Part shown: one piece after another, positions 19,553-29,400 of the stretch
Position numbering within the stretch: position 1 is the stretch's first letter
Layout of the letters: every line of letters starts with the position of its first letter
From: Dehalococcoidia bacterium
GTDB taxonomy: Bacteria > Chloroflexota > Dehalococcoidia > Lucifugimonadales > UBA3495
Length of the DNA stretch: 64,000 bases
Direction of reading: 5' to 3'
Assembly (NCBI GenBank): GCA_030740155.1
Contig: JASLXV010000069.1
Location: 32,001 to 96,000 of the forward strand
Notes under the pieces: generated by a model
The model's database searches: none
Told to the model about the DNA's origin: nothing
The model's input: the letters and a program-made list of their open reading frames with translations, nothing else
Translations under genes and position numbers: made by a program

Positions 19553-20848
19553 CTAGATCAGTTTCTGGTCCCGAAGCTTATCGATATCCCGGCCGGCGTA
19601 CCCCAGCTCTCCCAGCACGTCCCGAGTGTGCTCTCCCCGCAGCGGCGCCCGGCGGTAGACCCAGGCTTTGCCGGCGTTGCCGGCGCCGTCGAGTTCCAGG
19701 TTGGGCGCGGCGGGAGGACCGGGATATTTGAGCGGGCCGGCCACCGGGTGGTCCAGCTCCACGAAGTAGTCACGGGCGATCAACTGCTCCATCTCCAGGA
19801 TGTCCGACATGGAGGCGACGAAGGCGAAACCCAGGCCGCGTTCCTGACCGGCCTTGAAAATCTCCAGCTTGTCGTGGTCCAGCAGCCAGGGAAGCATCAG
19901 CGCCTCCACCTCGTCGGCGTTGACCAGGCGCCCCTGGCGGGAGTGAAAGCGAGGGTCGGCAAGCTCCTCCCGTTCCATGATGTTGGCCACCTGCGGCCAG
20001 CGATGCTCTGGGCCGGCGATAATTCCCACGTAGCCGTCGCGGCAGGGGTAAATGCCCCAGGCGGCCCGGCCGTAACCCCGGTTGCCCGCCCGGTTGAATT
20101 CCCGCCCGGAATAGCTGTACTGCATCAAAGCGTTTTCCAGGATGTTGGTGGCGCTCTCGGCGATGGAGATGTCGATGTGCTGGCCTTCCCCCGTCTCCTC
20201 GGCGTACATCAACCCAGCCATGGTGGCCACGAAGGCGTTCTGCCCGGCACACAGTTGCGCCAGGGGCGGCCCTTCTTTCAGCGGCTCCTGCTCCGGCTCG
20301 CCGGTGATGTTCATCAGCCCCCCGGCGGCGTAGAGGTTGATCTCCGCTGCCTTGCGGTCCCGGTAGGGCCCGGTCTGCCCGTAGTTGGAGATCGAGGTCA
20401 TCACCAGAGCCGGGTTCACCTGCCGTAAATCGGAGTAGCCCAGACCCAAATCTTCGAGGGTGCCCGGCGCAAAGTTCTCCACCACGATGTCTGAGTTCCG
20501 CGCCAGCTGGAGCAGTATCTCCTTGCCGGGACCGGACCTGAGGTCCAGGGTCACGCTTCTCTTCGACGTGTTCAGGTAGAGGAACCAGGCCCCAGACTCG
20601 CCTCTCATCCCATCTTCCGGCCGCGCCGCTCCGTCAACTGAGGAGGCAAGGGGTACGGCAAAAGGGCCGATCCGCCGCGCCGGGTCGCCGGCGCCGGGCC
20701 GTTCAATCTTCACAACGTCGGCGCCCATCGTAGCCAACAGCTTGGTGCAGTAAGGGCCGGACAGATAATGGGTCAAGTCGAGGACTCGGACGCCTTCCAG
20801 AAGTCCGGCCGGCGCCTCACCGGCGCCTGATGCATTGGTGCTCGCCAT
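19553..20848 (-). CDS. Class III CoA-transferase partner subunit (Gln at the catalytic Asp position)
   Basis: VLDLT..LSGPYCT, VENFAPG, YGQTGPY, PLAQLCAG. Confidence 0.9.
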   Translation of the reverse strand: MASTNASGAGEAPAGLLEGVRVLDLTHYLSGPYCTKLLATMGADVVKIERPGAGDPARRIGPFAVPLASSVDGAARPEDGMRGESGAWFLYLNTSKRSVTLDLRSGPGKEILLQLARNSDIVVENFAPGTLEDLGLGYSDLRQVNPALVMTSISNYGQTGPYRDRKAAEINLYAAGGLMNITGEPEQEPLKEGPPLAQLCAGQNAFVATMAGLMYAEETGEGQHIDISIAESATNILENALMQYSYSGREFNRAGNRGYGRAAWGIYPCRDGYVGIIAGPEHRWPQVANIMEREELADPRFHSRQGRLVNADEVEALMLPWLLDHDKLEIFKAGQERGLGFAFVASMSDILEMEQLIARDYFVELDHPVAGPLKYPGPPAAPNLELDGAGNAGKAWVYRRAPLRGEHTRDVLGELGYAGRDIDKLRDQKLI

Positions 20849-21276
20849 CGCCTCTTGGCCTTTCTCGGCTCGGGTAGAATTTGGTCCGCTGGTTATTGTG
20901 GCACCGGCTCGTTACAGATGCAAGCGGCCCGGACGCCCGGACAGGGTTTGGCGGCCCTCACCCGGCCCCGGCTGCGCCGGGACATCCCTCTCCCGAATGG
21001 CGAGGGAACGAGGGTGCGGGTATCGCTCCTGGATTCACTCTATCTCTTAATGCCGACGTCGCCAGGGAGGACTTGCGCCTCTTTCCGGCTTCACTGTGAC
21101 ATCAAGGTATTTATGATATTCTTCTATTTCACCCGCCGGCTGGCCCGCAGGTGGTCAGCCACCCCTACATTCGTTTCAGAGCAGCGCGGTCGAATTCCGG
21201 GCGGCGTCCTGGGGTAATGGCTGGTCATTCGAGGCTAGCGGCCGGTCTAGACCGGGCCGCGGGAAGGACAAACAGA

Positions 21277-22416
21277 ATGGAACGCCCCATTTTTCAACCG
21301 GTGGGCACCCCCGTGGAAGAGCTGGACACACCGGCTCTCGTAGTGGACCTGGAGGTTATGGAGCAAAACATCGAGACATTACACTCCTACTTCCGCCAGG
21401 CTGACGCCAAGGTCCGCCCTCATGTGGCCGGCCACCAATGTCCTCAAATCGCCCACCGGCAACTGGCGGCCGGGGGGACGGTTGGGGGCATTGCGGTCAC
21501 CACTGCCGGAGAGGCGGAGGTTTTCAGCAACGCCGGGTTCACCGATATCCTGGTGGCCAATGAGATAGTCACCCTGCCGAAGATTCGCCGGCTGTGCGTC
21601 CTCGCCGGGCTCAACCGTATCACGGTGGCCGTGGACAACCCCCGGAACGTCGACGCTCTCTCCGCGGAGGCGGTGACGGCGGGAGTAACCCTGAATGTGC
21701 TGGTGGAGGTTGAGGCGGGATTGGGACGCTGCGGGGTACCACCGGGAGCGGCGGCCCTGGAGTTGGCCCGGGCCGTGGAGCGCTCGCCGGGACTCGCCTT
21801 CGCGGGATTGATGGCGATTCCACCGGCGCCCCTACCCTCACCGGAAGAGAATGGGGACCTGACGCCGCCGGACCGGGCATCCCTGGAGGCTGAGACCAGC
21901 CGCCGGCTCCAACCGGTGCTGGATACCCGGCAACTGATCGAGGGTGACGGGCTGCCGGTGCAAGTGGTGAGCGTGGGCGGGACCCACAACTACGACATTG
22001 CCGGCGCAATGTCCGGTGTGACCGAGATACAGGCGGGCTCGTACCCTCTGATGGACTTCAGCTATTGCCGGGTGCGGGCTGAGTTCACCCCGGCGGCCCG
22101 GATTTTGGCCCAGGTAATCAGCCATCCGGTGGGGCATCTGGCGATCGTGGACGCGGGGCACAAGGCCACCGGTCCCGACCATGGAATAGCCGTCTTGGAT
22201 GGAGAGCCGGGGGCATCGGCCCTACGGTTCAGCGCCGAGCACGGCATCTTGGAGCTGGAAGGGCTGGCCATCCATCGGTTTCTGCCGGGCGCCACGGTCT
22301 GGCTGGTGCCCCAGGACCTGCGCCTCTGCCTCAACCAATATGACTACATCCGCGCGGTTCGGGGCGGCAAGCTGGAGGGCTTCTGGCCCATGACGGCCCG
22401 CGGGCGCTTTGATTAG
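21277..22416 (+). CDS. PLP fold-type III (DSD1/D-threonine aldolase-like) protein lacking the PLP lysine
   Basis: ELDTPALVVD, GLGRCGV, EIQAGSY, DAGHKA, SAEHG; RPHVAGHQ replaces RPHxKxHK. Confidence 0.85.
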   Translation: MERPIFQPVGTPVEELDTPALVVDLEVMEQNIETLHSYFRQADAKVRPHVAGHQCPQIAHRQLAAGGTVGGIAVTTAGEAEVFSNAGFTDILVANEIVTLPKIRRLCVLAGLNRITVAVDNPRNVDALSAEAVTAGVTLNVLVEVEAGLGRCGVPPGAAALELARAVERSPGLAFAGLMAIPPAPLPSPEENGDLTPPDRASLEAETSRRLQPVLDTRQLIEGDGLPVQVVSVGGTHNYDIAGAMSGVTEIQAGSYPLMDFSYCRVRAEFTPAARILAQVISHPVGHLAIVDAGHKATGPDHGIAVLDGEPGASALRFSAEHGILELEGLAIHRFLPGATVWLVPQDLRLCLNQYDYIRAVRGGKLEGFWPMTARGRFD

Positions 22417-22427
22417 CGGTTAAGTAA

Positions 22428-22544
22428 GCCACAGAGGCACAGAGACACAGAAACAGAAAGTAAGTTTAGGGGCTCCTGTGGGTCTCAGTGGCTCCATGGC
22501 TCAGAGGTAGAGAAAGAAAAAGAAGGCCTCTGTGCCTCTGTGGC
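22428..22544. repeat. Inverted pair of 8-nt-period CACAGAG(G/A) arrays
   Basis: GCCACAGAGGCACAGAGACACAG (22428) and CTCTGTGCCTCTGTGGC (22528-22544); another arm at 18083-18107. Confidence 0.85.
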
Positions 22545-22593
22545 TCCGGGGCTTATCACCGGATACACCTAGAAACATCAGGAGGGGAAGACC

Positions 22594-23694
22594 ATGGACC
22601 AGCACTACCGGTCCCAGCCGGGCACCCCAGTCGAGGAGCTTGACACCCCCTGCTTGATACTGGACATGGACTCCATCGACCACAACATGGACGTCATGTC
22701 CAACTATTACGCCGGGCAGTCCAGCAACCTTCGCCCCCATAGCAAGAACCACAAGACCCCGGCCCTGGCCCACCGGCAGATTCGCCGCGGCGGCACCGTG
22801 GGCGGCGTGTGCGCGGCCAAGGTCGCCGAGGCCGAGGTGATGGTCCACGGAGGGATACCCAGCGTATTGGTCACCAGCGAGATCATCGCCCCCCGGAAGA
22901 TTCAGCGTCTATGCGCCCTGGCCCGGCAGGCCGAGATGATCGTCGCCTGCGACAGCCTGCAAAACGCCCGAGACCTATCCGGGGCGGCCGCCGGCGCCGG
23001 GGTCAACCTGGGCGTCCTGATCGAGCTTGAAACCCAGATGAACCGGTGCGGCGTCCAGGATATCGAACAAGGTGTGGCCCTGGCCCAGGGCATCCACTCG
23101 CTGCCCGGATTGACCTTCCGGGGCATCATGAGCCACCAGATGATCCCGCCGATGGAAGACCGGGAAGACCGGGTCACCGAGGGCCGCCGGATGATCCAGG
23201 TTGTTATCGACTTGAAGGACGCCATCGTGGCCGCCGGTATCCCAGTGGAGATCGTGTCCACCGGCGAGACCTGGAGCTACGACGTGGCCGGGGAGATTCC
23301 CGGCGTGACCGAGGTCCAGGGGGGCAGCTACCTGGTCATGGAGACCAAGTACTCCTACATGTCCGATTTCCATTACTCGGGAAAGGTGCTGACCACCATC
23401 ATCAGCACGCCCCGGCCGGGTATCGCCGTCGGCGACGCCGGCGCCAGGGCCGTCGGCGCCGTGAAAGGGATGCCCCTGGTGGACCGCCGGCCCGGAGTCA
23501 CCGTCGAGTCCATGGACGCCGACCATGCCATCTTCCGCCTGGCCGACGGCATAGAGCTGAATATCGGAGACCAACTGGCCCTGATACCGGGGCAGCAGGA
23601 CGCCATGGTGAGCCGCTGGGACCGGTTCGTCGGGGTGCGCGGCGGCAAAGTGGAGGTGGTCTGGGACATCCAGGCCCGTGGTTGTCATAACTGA
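22594..23694 (+). CDS. PLP fold-type III (DSD1/D-threonine aldolase-like) enzyme
   Basis: ELDTPCLILD, RPHSKNHK (PLP Lys), AEAEVM, MNRCGV, EVQGGSY; AGGAGG RBS. Confidence 0.9.
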   Translation: MDQHYRSQPGTPVEELDTPCLILDMDSIDHNMDVMSNYYAGQSSNLRPHSKNHKTPALAHRQIRRGGTVGGVCAAKVAEAEVMVHGGIPSVLVTSEIIAPRKIQRLCALARQAEMIVACDSLQNARDLSGAAAGAGVNLGVLIELETQMNRCGVQDIEQGVALAQGIHSLPGLTFRGIMSHQMIPPMEDREDRVTEGRRMIQVVIDLKDAIVAAGIPVEIVSTGETWSYDVAGEIPGVTEVQGGSYLVMETKYSYMSDFHYSGKVLTTIISTPRPGIAVGDAGARAVGAVKGMPLVDRRPGVTVESMDADHAIFRLADGIELNIGDQLALIPGQQDAMVSRWDRFVGVRGGKVEVVWDIQARGCHN

Positions 23695-23799
23695 GGGGTG
23701 AGCAGCCAGCGGTCAGCTTTCAGCTGTCAGCCGTCGGTTTTCAGGCCACTGCTGGTGGCCTGAAGCCGGTAACGAACCCCGGTAGCGCCCTCTGGCCCC

Positions 23800-24465
23800 C
23801 TATGCCGGCGCGGGGGCGAAGTCGGGCGATAGCATCAGGTAGTTCTGCTGGGATATCAGGTGCTTTTGCACCCGGGGCACGTACTTCCCGGCCCAATCGG
23901 GGTCGGCGTAGACTTGGGCCCTCGCTTCTTTCATGTGGGCGTGGTCTCGATAGGCCCAGATGTGCACGATCTTGTTCAACTCGCCGAGGTCAGGAGTGTA
24001 CCAGCCGGCTAGCTTGACGCCGTATCTAAGCCGGATCGGCAGGCCCAAATCCCTCACCGCCTCGATGTAGTCCGGGATGGTTCCATGCTTGACCATGTAG
24101 ATACGGAAGTCGTAGACCATGGAGTTTCCCGGCTTGGCGCTTCCTGACCCCGGCTCGGGGGCGAAGTCGGGCGACACCATCAGGTGGGTCCTCTGGGTCT
24201 CGATGAGCGGCGTAATCCGGGGTACATACTTCCCCGTCCAATCGGGGTCCGAAGTGAACTGAGCCCTCCCTTCCCTCAGGTGGGCGTGGTCCCGATAGCC
24301 CCAGATGTGCACCACCTGGTTCAGCTCACCGATGTCGCTGTAATACCAGCCGGCCAGCTTGATGCCATACCGCTGGCGGATGGGAAACGCTAGCTCCTTC
24401 ACAGCCGTCATGTAGTCGGGCGTGCATCCGGGCTTCAACGTGTACATCCGGAAATCGTAGATCAT
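23800..24465 (-). CDS. NIPSNAP family protein with two tandem domains
   Basis: Two near-duplicate halves YDFR.Y..K.G...GELN..VHIW.Y...SPDFAP. Confidence 0.9.
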   Translation of the reverse strand: MIYDFRMYTLKPGCTPDYMTAVKELAFPIRQRYGIKLAGWYYSDIGELNQVVHIWGYRDHAHLREGRAQFTSDPDWTGKYVPRITPLIETQRTHLMVSPDFAPEPGSGSAKPGNSMVYDFRIYMVKHGTIPDYIEAVRDLGLPIRLRYGVKLAGWYTPDLGELNKIVHIWAYRDHAHMKEARAQVYADPDWAGKYVPRVQKHLISQQNYLMLSPDFAPAPA

Positions 24466-24503
24466 GGCGCTTACCTCCGTTATTAGCTGTCAGCCGTCAG
24501 CCG

Positions 24504-26147
24504 TCACAGCCCGATGATCTCCCCTGTCGGCGTTACGTCCATGTCCAGGGCCAGGGGGTGAGAGGGCAGGCCGGGGAGCGTCGCCACGTTTCCGGCCAGA
24601 GGATACAAGAAGCCCGCTCCCAACGAGGCTCGAATGTCCACAATGGGGAAGGTGTAGCCTCTGGGAGCGCCCCGCTTGGACTGGTCGTGGGTTGTGGAGA
24701 GGTGCGACTTGGCCATGCAGATGGGCAGGCCGCCCCATCCCTGGGCCTCGAAGTAGCGTCGCTGGCGCCGTGCCTCCGGAGACCAGGTCACGCCGTCGGC
24801 CCCGTAGATCTTCTGGGCCAGAGACAGCACTTTTTCCTCGATGGTGGCATCCAGAGGATACGGGTAGGTGATCTCCGGCGGTTCCTGGGCAATCCGAGCC
24901 ACGGCCTCAGCCAGGGCAGCCCCGCCTTCGCCGCCCTGGGCGAACCCGCAACACTCCACCGCCGCTTGAGCCCCGGCCGCCGAGGCGATTTGGGCCACTT
25001 CCCGCATCTCCTCTGGGGTATCGCTGTGGAACTGGTTGATGGCTACCACCACGGGCAGGCCAAAGCTTTGGATCAGAGCGATGTGATGCTCCAGGTTGGA
25101 AGCGCCGGCTCGCACGGCAGCGGGGTCCGGTTTCTCCAGGGCTCGCCGGGCGGTGCCCCCGTGCCACTTCAAGGCCCGCACCGAGGCCACCAGGACTGCC
25201 GCGCTGGGCATCAGGCCGCTCTGCCGGGCTTTGATGTCCATGAATTTTTCGAACCCCAGGTCCGAGCCGAACCCGGCTTCGGTAATGACGAAGTCAGTGT
25301 ACGCCAGGGCCATCCGGTCCGCCAGGACGGAGTTGCAGCCGTGGGCTATGTTGCCAAAGGGCCCGGCATGGATCAGGGCCGGCTGCCCTTCCATGGTCTG
25401 GACCAGGTTGGGCATTATGGTGTGGCGCAGCAGCGTCATCAGGGCGCCGGTCACACCCAGCGTTTCCACGCTGACCGGCTCGCCGTCGCGAGTGGTGCCC
25501 ACGACTATGCGCGAGACGCGCGCCCTCAGGTCTTCCAGACCCTCCGACAGGGCCAGAATGGCCATGATCTCCGAGGCGGAGACTATGTCGAACCGGGTAT
25601 CCCGCAGGGGGCTGTTGGCGCTTCCTCCCAGACCGGTGATGATCTGCCGGATTGCCCGGTCCGACGCGTCGGTGACCCGAGCCCACTGGATTCCCGTGGC
25701 TTCAAAACCGGGGACCGAGTTACGGTACACGGCGTTATCGATTAGAGCGGCCAGCAGGTTGTGGGCCGAGGCTACCGCGTGGGCATCCCCGGTGAAGTGG
25801 ATGTTGATCTCATCTTCGGGAACGACCCGTGCCTTGCCTCCTCCGGTGCCGCCTCCCTTGATCCCAAAAATCGGTCCCAGAGTCGGCTCCCGAAGGGTGA
25901 CGGCGGCGCGGCAGCCCAGCTTGCTGAGGCCCTGTACCAGGCCGATAGCCGTGGTGGTTTTGCCTTCGCCCGCTGGCGTGGGGGTCATTCCGGTCATCAC
26001 CACCAGCCTGGCCTTGGCTTCTCCCTCTTGGCGGACTGGCCCGGCCTGCAGGGCCTCAAGCTGGATCTTCGCCTTGTAACGGCCGTAGGGAATCAGGTGA
26101 TCTTCTTTGACGCCGAGACGGGCCGCGATCTGGACGATGGGCTCCAT
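24504..26147 (-). CDS. fhs: Formate--tetrahydrofolate ligase
   Basis: PTPAGEGKTTT, GIKGGGTGGG, HFTGD, HAGPFGNIAHG, TEAGFGSDLGFEKF; start MEPI after GGAGG. Confidence 0.96.
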   Translation of the reverse strand: MEPIVQIAARLGVKEDHLIPYGRYKAKIQLEALQAGPVRQEGEAKARLVVMTGMTPTPAGEGKTTTAIGLVQGLSKLGCRAAVTLREPTLGPIFGIKGGGTGGGKARVVPEDEINIHFTGDAHAVASAHNLLAALIDNAVYRNSVPGFEATGIQWARVTDASDRAIRQIITGLGGSANSPLRDTRFDIVSASEIMAILALSEGLEDLRARVSRIVVGTTRDGEPVSVETLGVTGALMTLLRHTIMPNLVQTMEGQPALIHAGPFGNIAHGCNSVLADRMALAYTDFVITEAGFGSDLGFEKFMDIKARQSGLMPSAAVLVASVRALKWHGGTARRALEKPDPAAVRAGASNLEHHIALIQSFGLPVVVAINQFHSDTPEEMREVAQIASAAGAQAAVECCGFAQGGEGGAALAEAVARIAQEPPEITYPYPLDATIEEKVLSLAQKIYGADGVTWSPEARRQRRYFEAQGWGGLPICMAKSHLSTTHDQSKRGAPRGYTFPIVDIRASLGAGFLYPLAGNVATLPGLPSHPLALDMDVTPTGEIIGL

Positions 26148-26425
26148 GGGACCTCCGGTTTCTCCTCGCCGGTGGCGGCTGAGGAGAAGTATGTTTCGCT
26201 CTCGCGAGAAGAGAAGACCTATCCTCAATCTCAGCCGAGCATGTCATCGGCACGGGCAGATTAGCAGTGTCTCGTGCTGCCGATCGACTCAGATTTGCGA
26301 ACGGGCTCCGGTGCGGCAATTCCGCTCCGGTCTGGAACCGGCCTAACGCCTCCCAAGTCCGGCACATAGGCCACTTGCGAGCGGGCCCACCGCGCATCCC
26401 GGCTTACCGTCGTGGGAATCCTGGA

Positions 26426-29400
26426 TTACCGAGAGGCGATCTCCCGCTCCAGCCGGTCGATGTCATCTGGAGTCAGGTTGAAGTACTTGGCGTCGTGATG
26501 GTGGAATACCAGAGCCGAGACCGACGCCTCCGGGTCCATCATAAACCCTTCGGTCAACTCCACGCCGGTATTGGCGGTGACATCCAGCAGGCGGAAGAGG
26601 GTCTCCTGGTTCTCCAGACGGGGGCAGGCGGGGTAGCCGAAGGAGTAGCGCCGGCCTCGGTACTGGGTGCGGAACAGGTCCCGGTGGGGGGTGCCCGCGG
26701 GGTCGCCGAAGCCCCACATCTGGCGAATCTGCTGGTGGAGCAGCTCGGCGAACCCTTCCGCGCACTCCAACGCCAGGGCCTGGAGGATGTGAGAGTCCAG
26801 GAACCGGCCCTCTCCCTTCAGGCGCTCCGACAGCTCCAAAACCCCCGGCCCTATCGAGGTGACGAACATAGCCACGTAGTCCATCTCCAAAGTCTCCCCT
26901 CTCCCCCCGGGAGAGGGGCCGGGGGTGAGGGCTTTCGGCAGCACGTAGTCGGTCAGACAAAGCCCTTCCCGCTGGGACTGGCGGCCAAAGTAGAAGCTCC
27001 CCAGGATCGTCCGGCCATCGGGCCCGTAGAGCAGCAGGCGTTGCTCGTCGGCCTGACAGGGGAAGAACTTGAACACCCCGGTGGCGCCGATGTCGCTGCT
27101 GGCCAGAACGATCTCTTCGACGCCGCGCACCGCATCGCGCAGCTCCTGGGCCGCGGGGTCCCCGGCGGCCAGGGCGTCGGCAAAACGGCCTTTGAAACCC
27201 AGGTGGCGGCCGTAGAGCATCTGGGGGTTGATGTACGGAAAGATTTGCTCCAGGTCGAAGTCGCGCAGCACGTGAAGCCGCAGGTCCGGCGGATTTGGAA
27301 CCGGGAAGTCGTGCCGCACTCGGGCCGGCGGCGCCGCGGGAAGCGCACCGCTCTCGTCGCGAGAACGGGCGAGACGACCTTCTTTCAACAACGCCGATGT
27401 CTCGGCATCGAGGGCCGCGGCCAGCTTCTGGCGCTCGTCGGCCTCCTGAATGGTATTGGCCAGGCTCAGCCCCGACATGGCGTCGGGCGCGTAGGCCACC
27501 AGGTCCCCGTGTTCCGGCGCGATGCGCAGTCGGGTGAACCGGTTGGAGAGAGCGGCGCCGCCCACCAGGAGGGGGCAGACAACCCCCGCCTGCCGGAAGT
27601 CGCGCACCGTTTCCACCATCATCTGGGCTGACTTGACCAGCAGGCCCGAGAGGCCGATCATATCGGGCCGGTGCTCCTGATACGCGTCGATCAACTCCTG
27701 GGGCAATACCTTGATGCCCAGGTTGATTACCCGGTACCCGTTGTTGGAGAGGATGATGTCCACCAGGTTCTTGCCGATGTCGTGGACATCGCCCTTCACC
27801 GTTGCCAGGACCACCTTTCCCCTGGCGGCGCTCTCGGCCCGCTCCATGTGGGGCTCCAGATGGGACACGGCAAACTTCATCGACTCGGCGGACTGGAGCA
27901 CCTCGGCGACGATCAACTGGTTGTCGTTGAACTGCCGTCCCACCTCCGTCATTCCCGCCATCAATGGGCCGTTGATAATTTCCAGCGGCCCCCGGTCCCC
28001 CAGGGCTTCTTCCAGGTCTTGGGCCAGGCCTTCCTTGGTGCCTTCGACGATGGCCAGGGCCAGGCGCTGGTCTAGGGGGAGGTCGCGCCGCTCCTCGTTG
28101 GTAGCCTTGGGGGCTTTGTCCCTGAAGTGAGCGACGAATGCCGCCAACGGGTCTTCGCCCTGGTTCCAGATAAGGTCTTCTGAGAGTTCCCGCTCTTCCT
28201 CGGGGATGACCGGGTACCGCTTTAGCAACTCCGGGTTGACTATGGCCATGTCCAACCCGGCCTGAACGCAGTGATACAGGAACACCGAGTTGAGCACTTC
28301 CCGGCCGGCCGGAGGCAGCCCAAACGAGACGTTGGAGACACCGAGGATCGTTTTACACTCGGGCAAAGCTTCTTTTATGAGGCGGACACCCTCGACGGTC
28401 TCCAGGGCGGACCCGATGTAGCTCCGGTCTCCGGTGCCCGCCGGGAAGACCAGGGGGTCGAAGATGATGTCCTCCGCGAGCACGCCGTACCGCTCGGTCA
28501 AGAGCCCAAAGGACCGCACCGCGATGTCCAGCTTGCGCTGGCGGGTAATGGCCTGGGCCTGCTCTCTGTCCTCGTCGATACACCCCACCACCAACGCCGC
28601 GCCATACCGGCGGGCCAGGGGCACCACGGCTTGGAACCGGGCTTCGCCGTCTTCGAGGTTGATGGAGTTGATGACCGACTTGCCCTGCAACCGCTTGAGG
28701 GCCTCTTCGATGACCCTTTCATCGGTGGAGTCGATCATGACCGGCACTTTAATCTTCTTGGTCAGCAGGTCAAGAAACGCGATCATGTCGGCGGCCTCAT
28801 CTCGGTCCGGGTCCTGGAGGCACACGTCAAGCACGTGGGCCCCGTTGCGGACCTGGCGGCGTCCGACCTCGGCGGCCTCTTCGGTCGCGCCCTGGGCGAT
28901 TAGCCGGCGGAAACGCCGGCTGCCCAGCACGTTGGTGCGTTCACCGACCAGTAGCGGACGCGCGTCTTGGTCGACCACCAGGGCTTCGATACCGGACAGA
29001 CGGGTCTCCCGGTTCCCGGCCGGCTCTCTGATGCGCTTGCCGGCCGCCAGTTGGGACAGCAGGCGGATGTGCTCGGTGCCGGTGCCGCAGCAACCGCCCA
29101 GCACGTTGACCCAGCCGGCGTCCACGAACCGGCCCAAGGAGCGTGCCAGCATCTCGGGTGTCTCGTTGTAGTTTCCGTCCTCATCGGGAAGGCCGGCGTT
29201 GGGGACGCACGACACCGGGAACCGGGACAGCCCGGCCAGGGTGCGGATGTGGTCGGTCATGAACTCCGGGCCGGTGGCGCAGTTGAAGCCAGTCCAGAGC
29301 AGGTCCCGGTGGGCCAGGGAGGTGTAGAAGGCTTCCGCGTCCTGGCCCGCCAGAAGGGTACCCATGGGCTCGATGGTCCCCTGCACCGCCACGGGAATCG

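Noticed and set aside
21820..21860. Pro-rich insertion (PAPLPSPEENG) in the first PLP paralog as a second in-frame repeat insertion
   Set aside because: Similarity to the CCCTCTCCC palindrome is too weak to support by eye.
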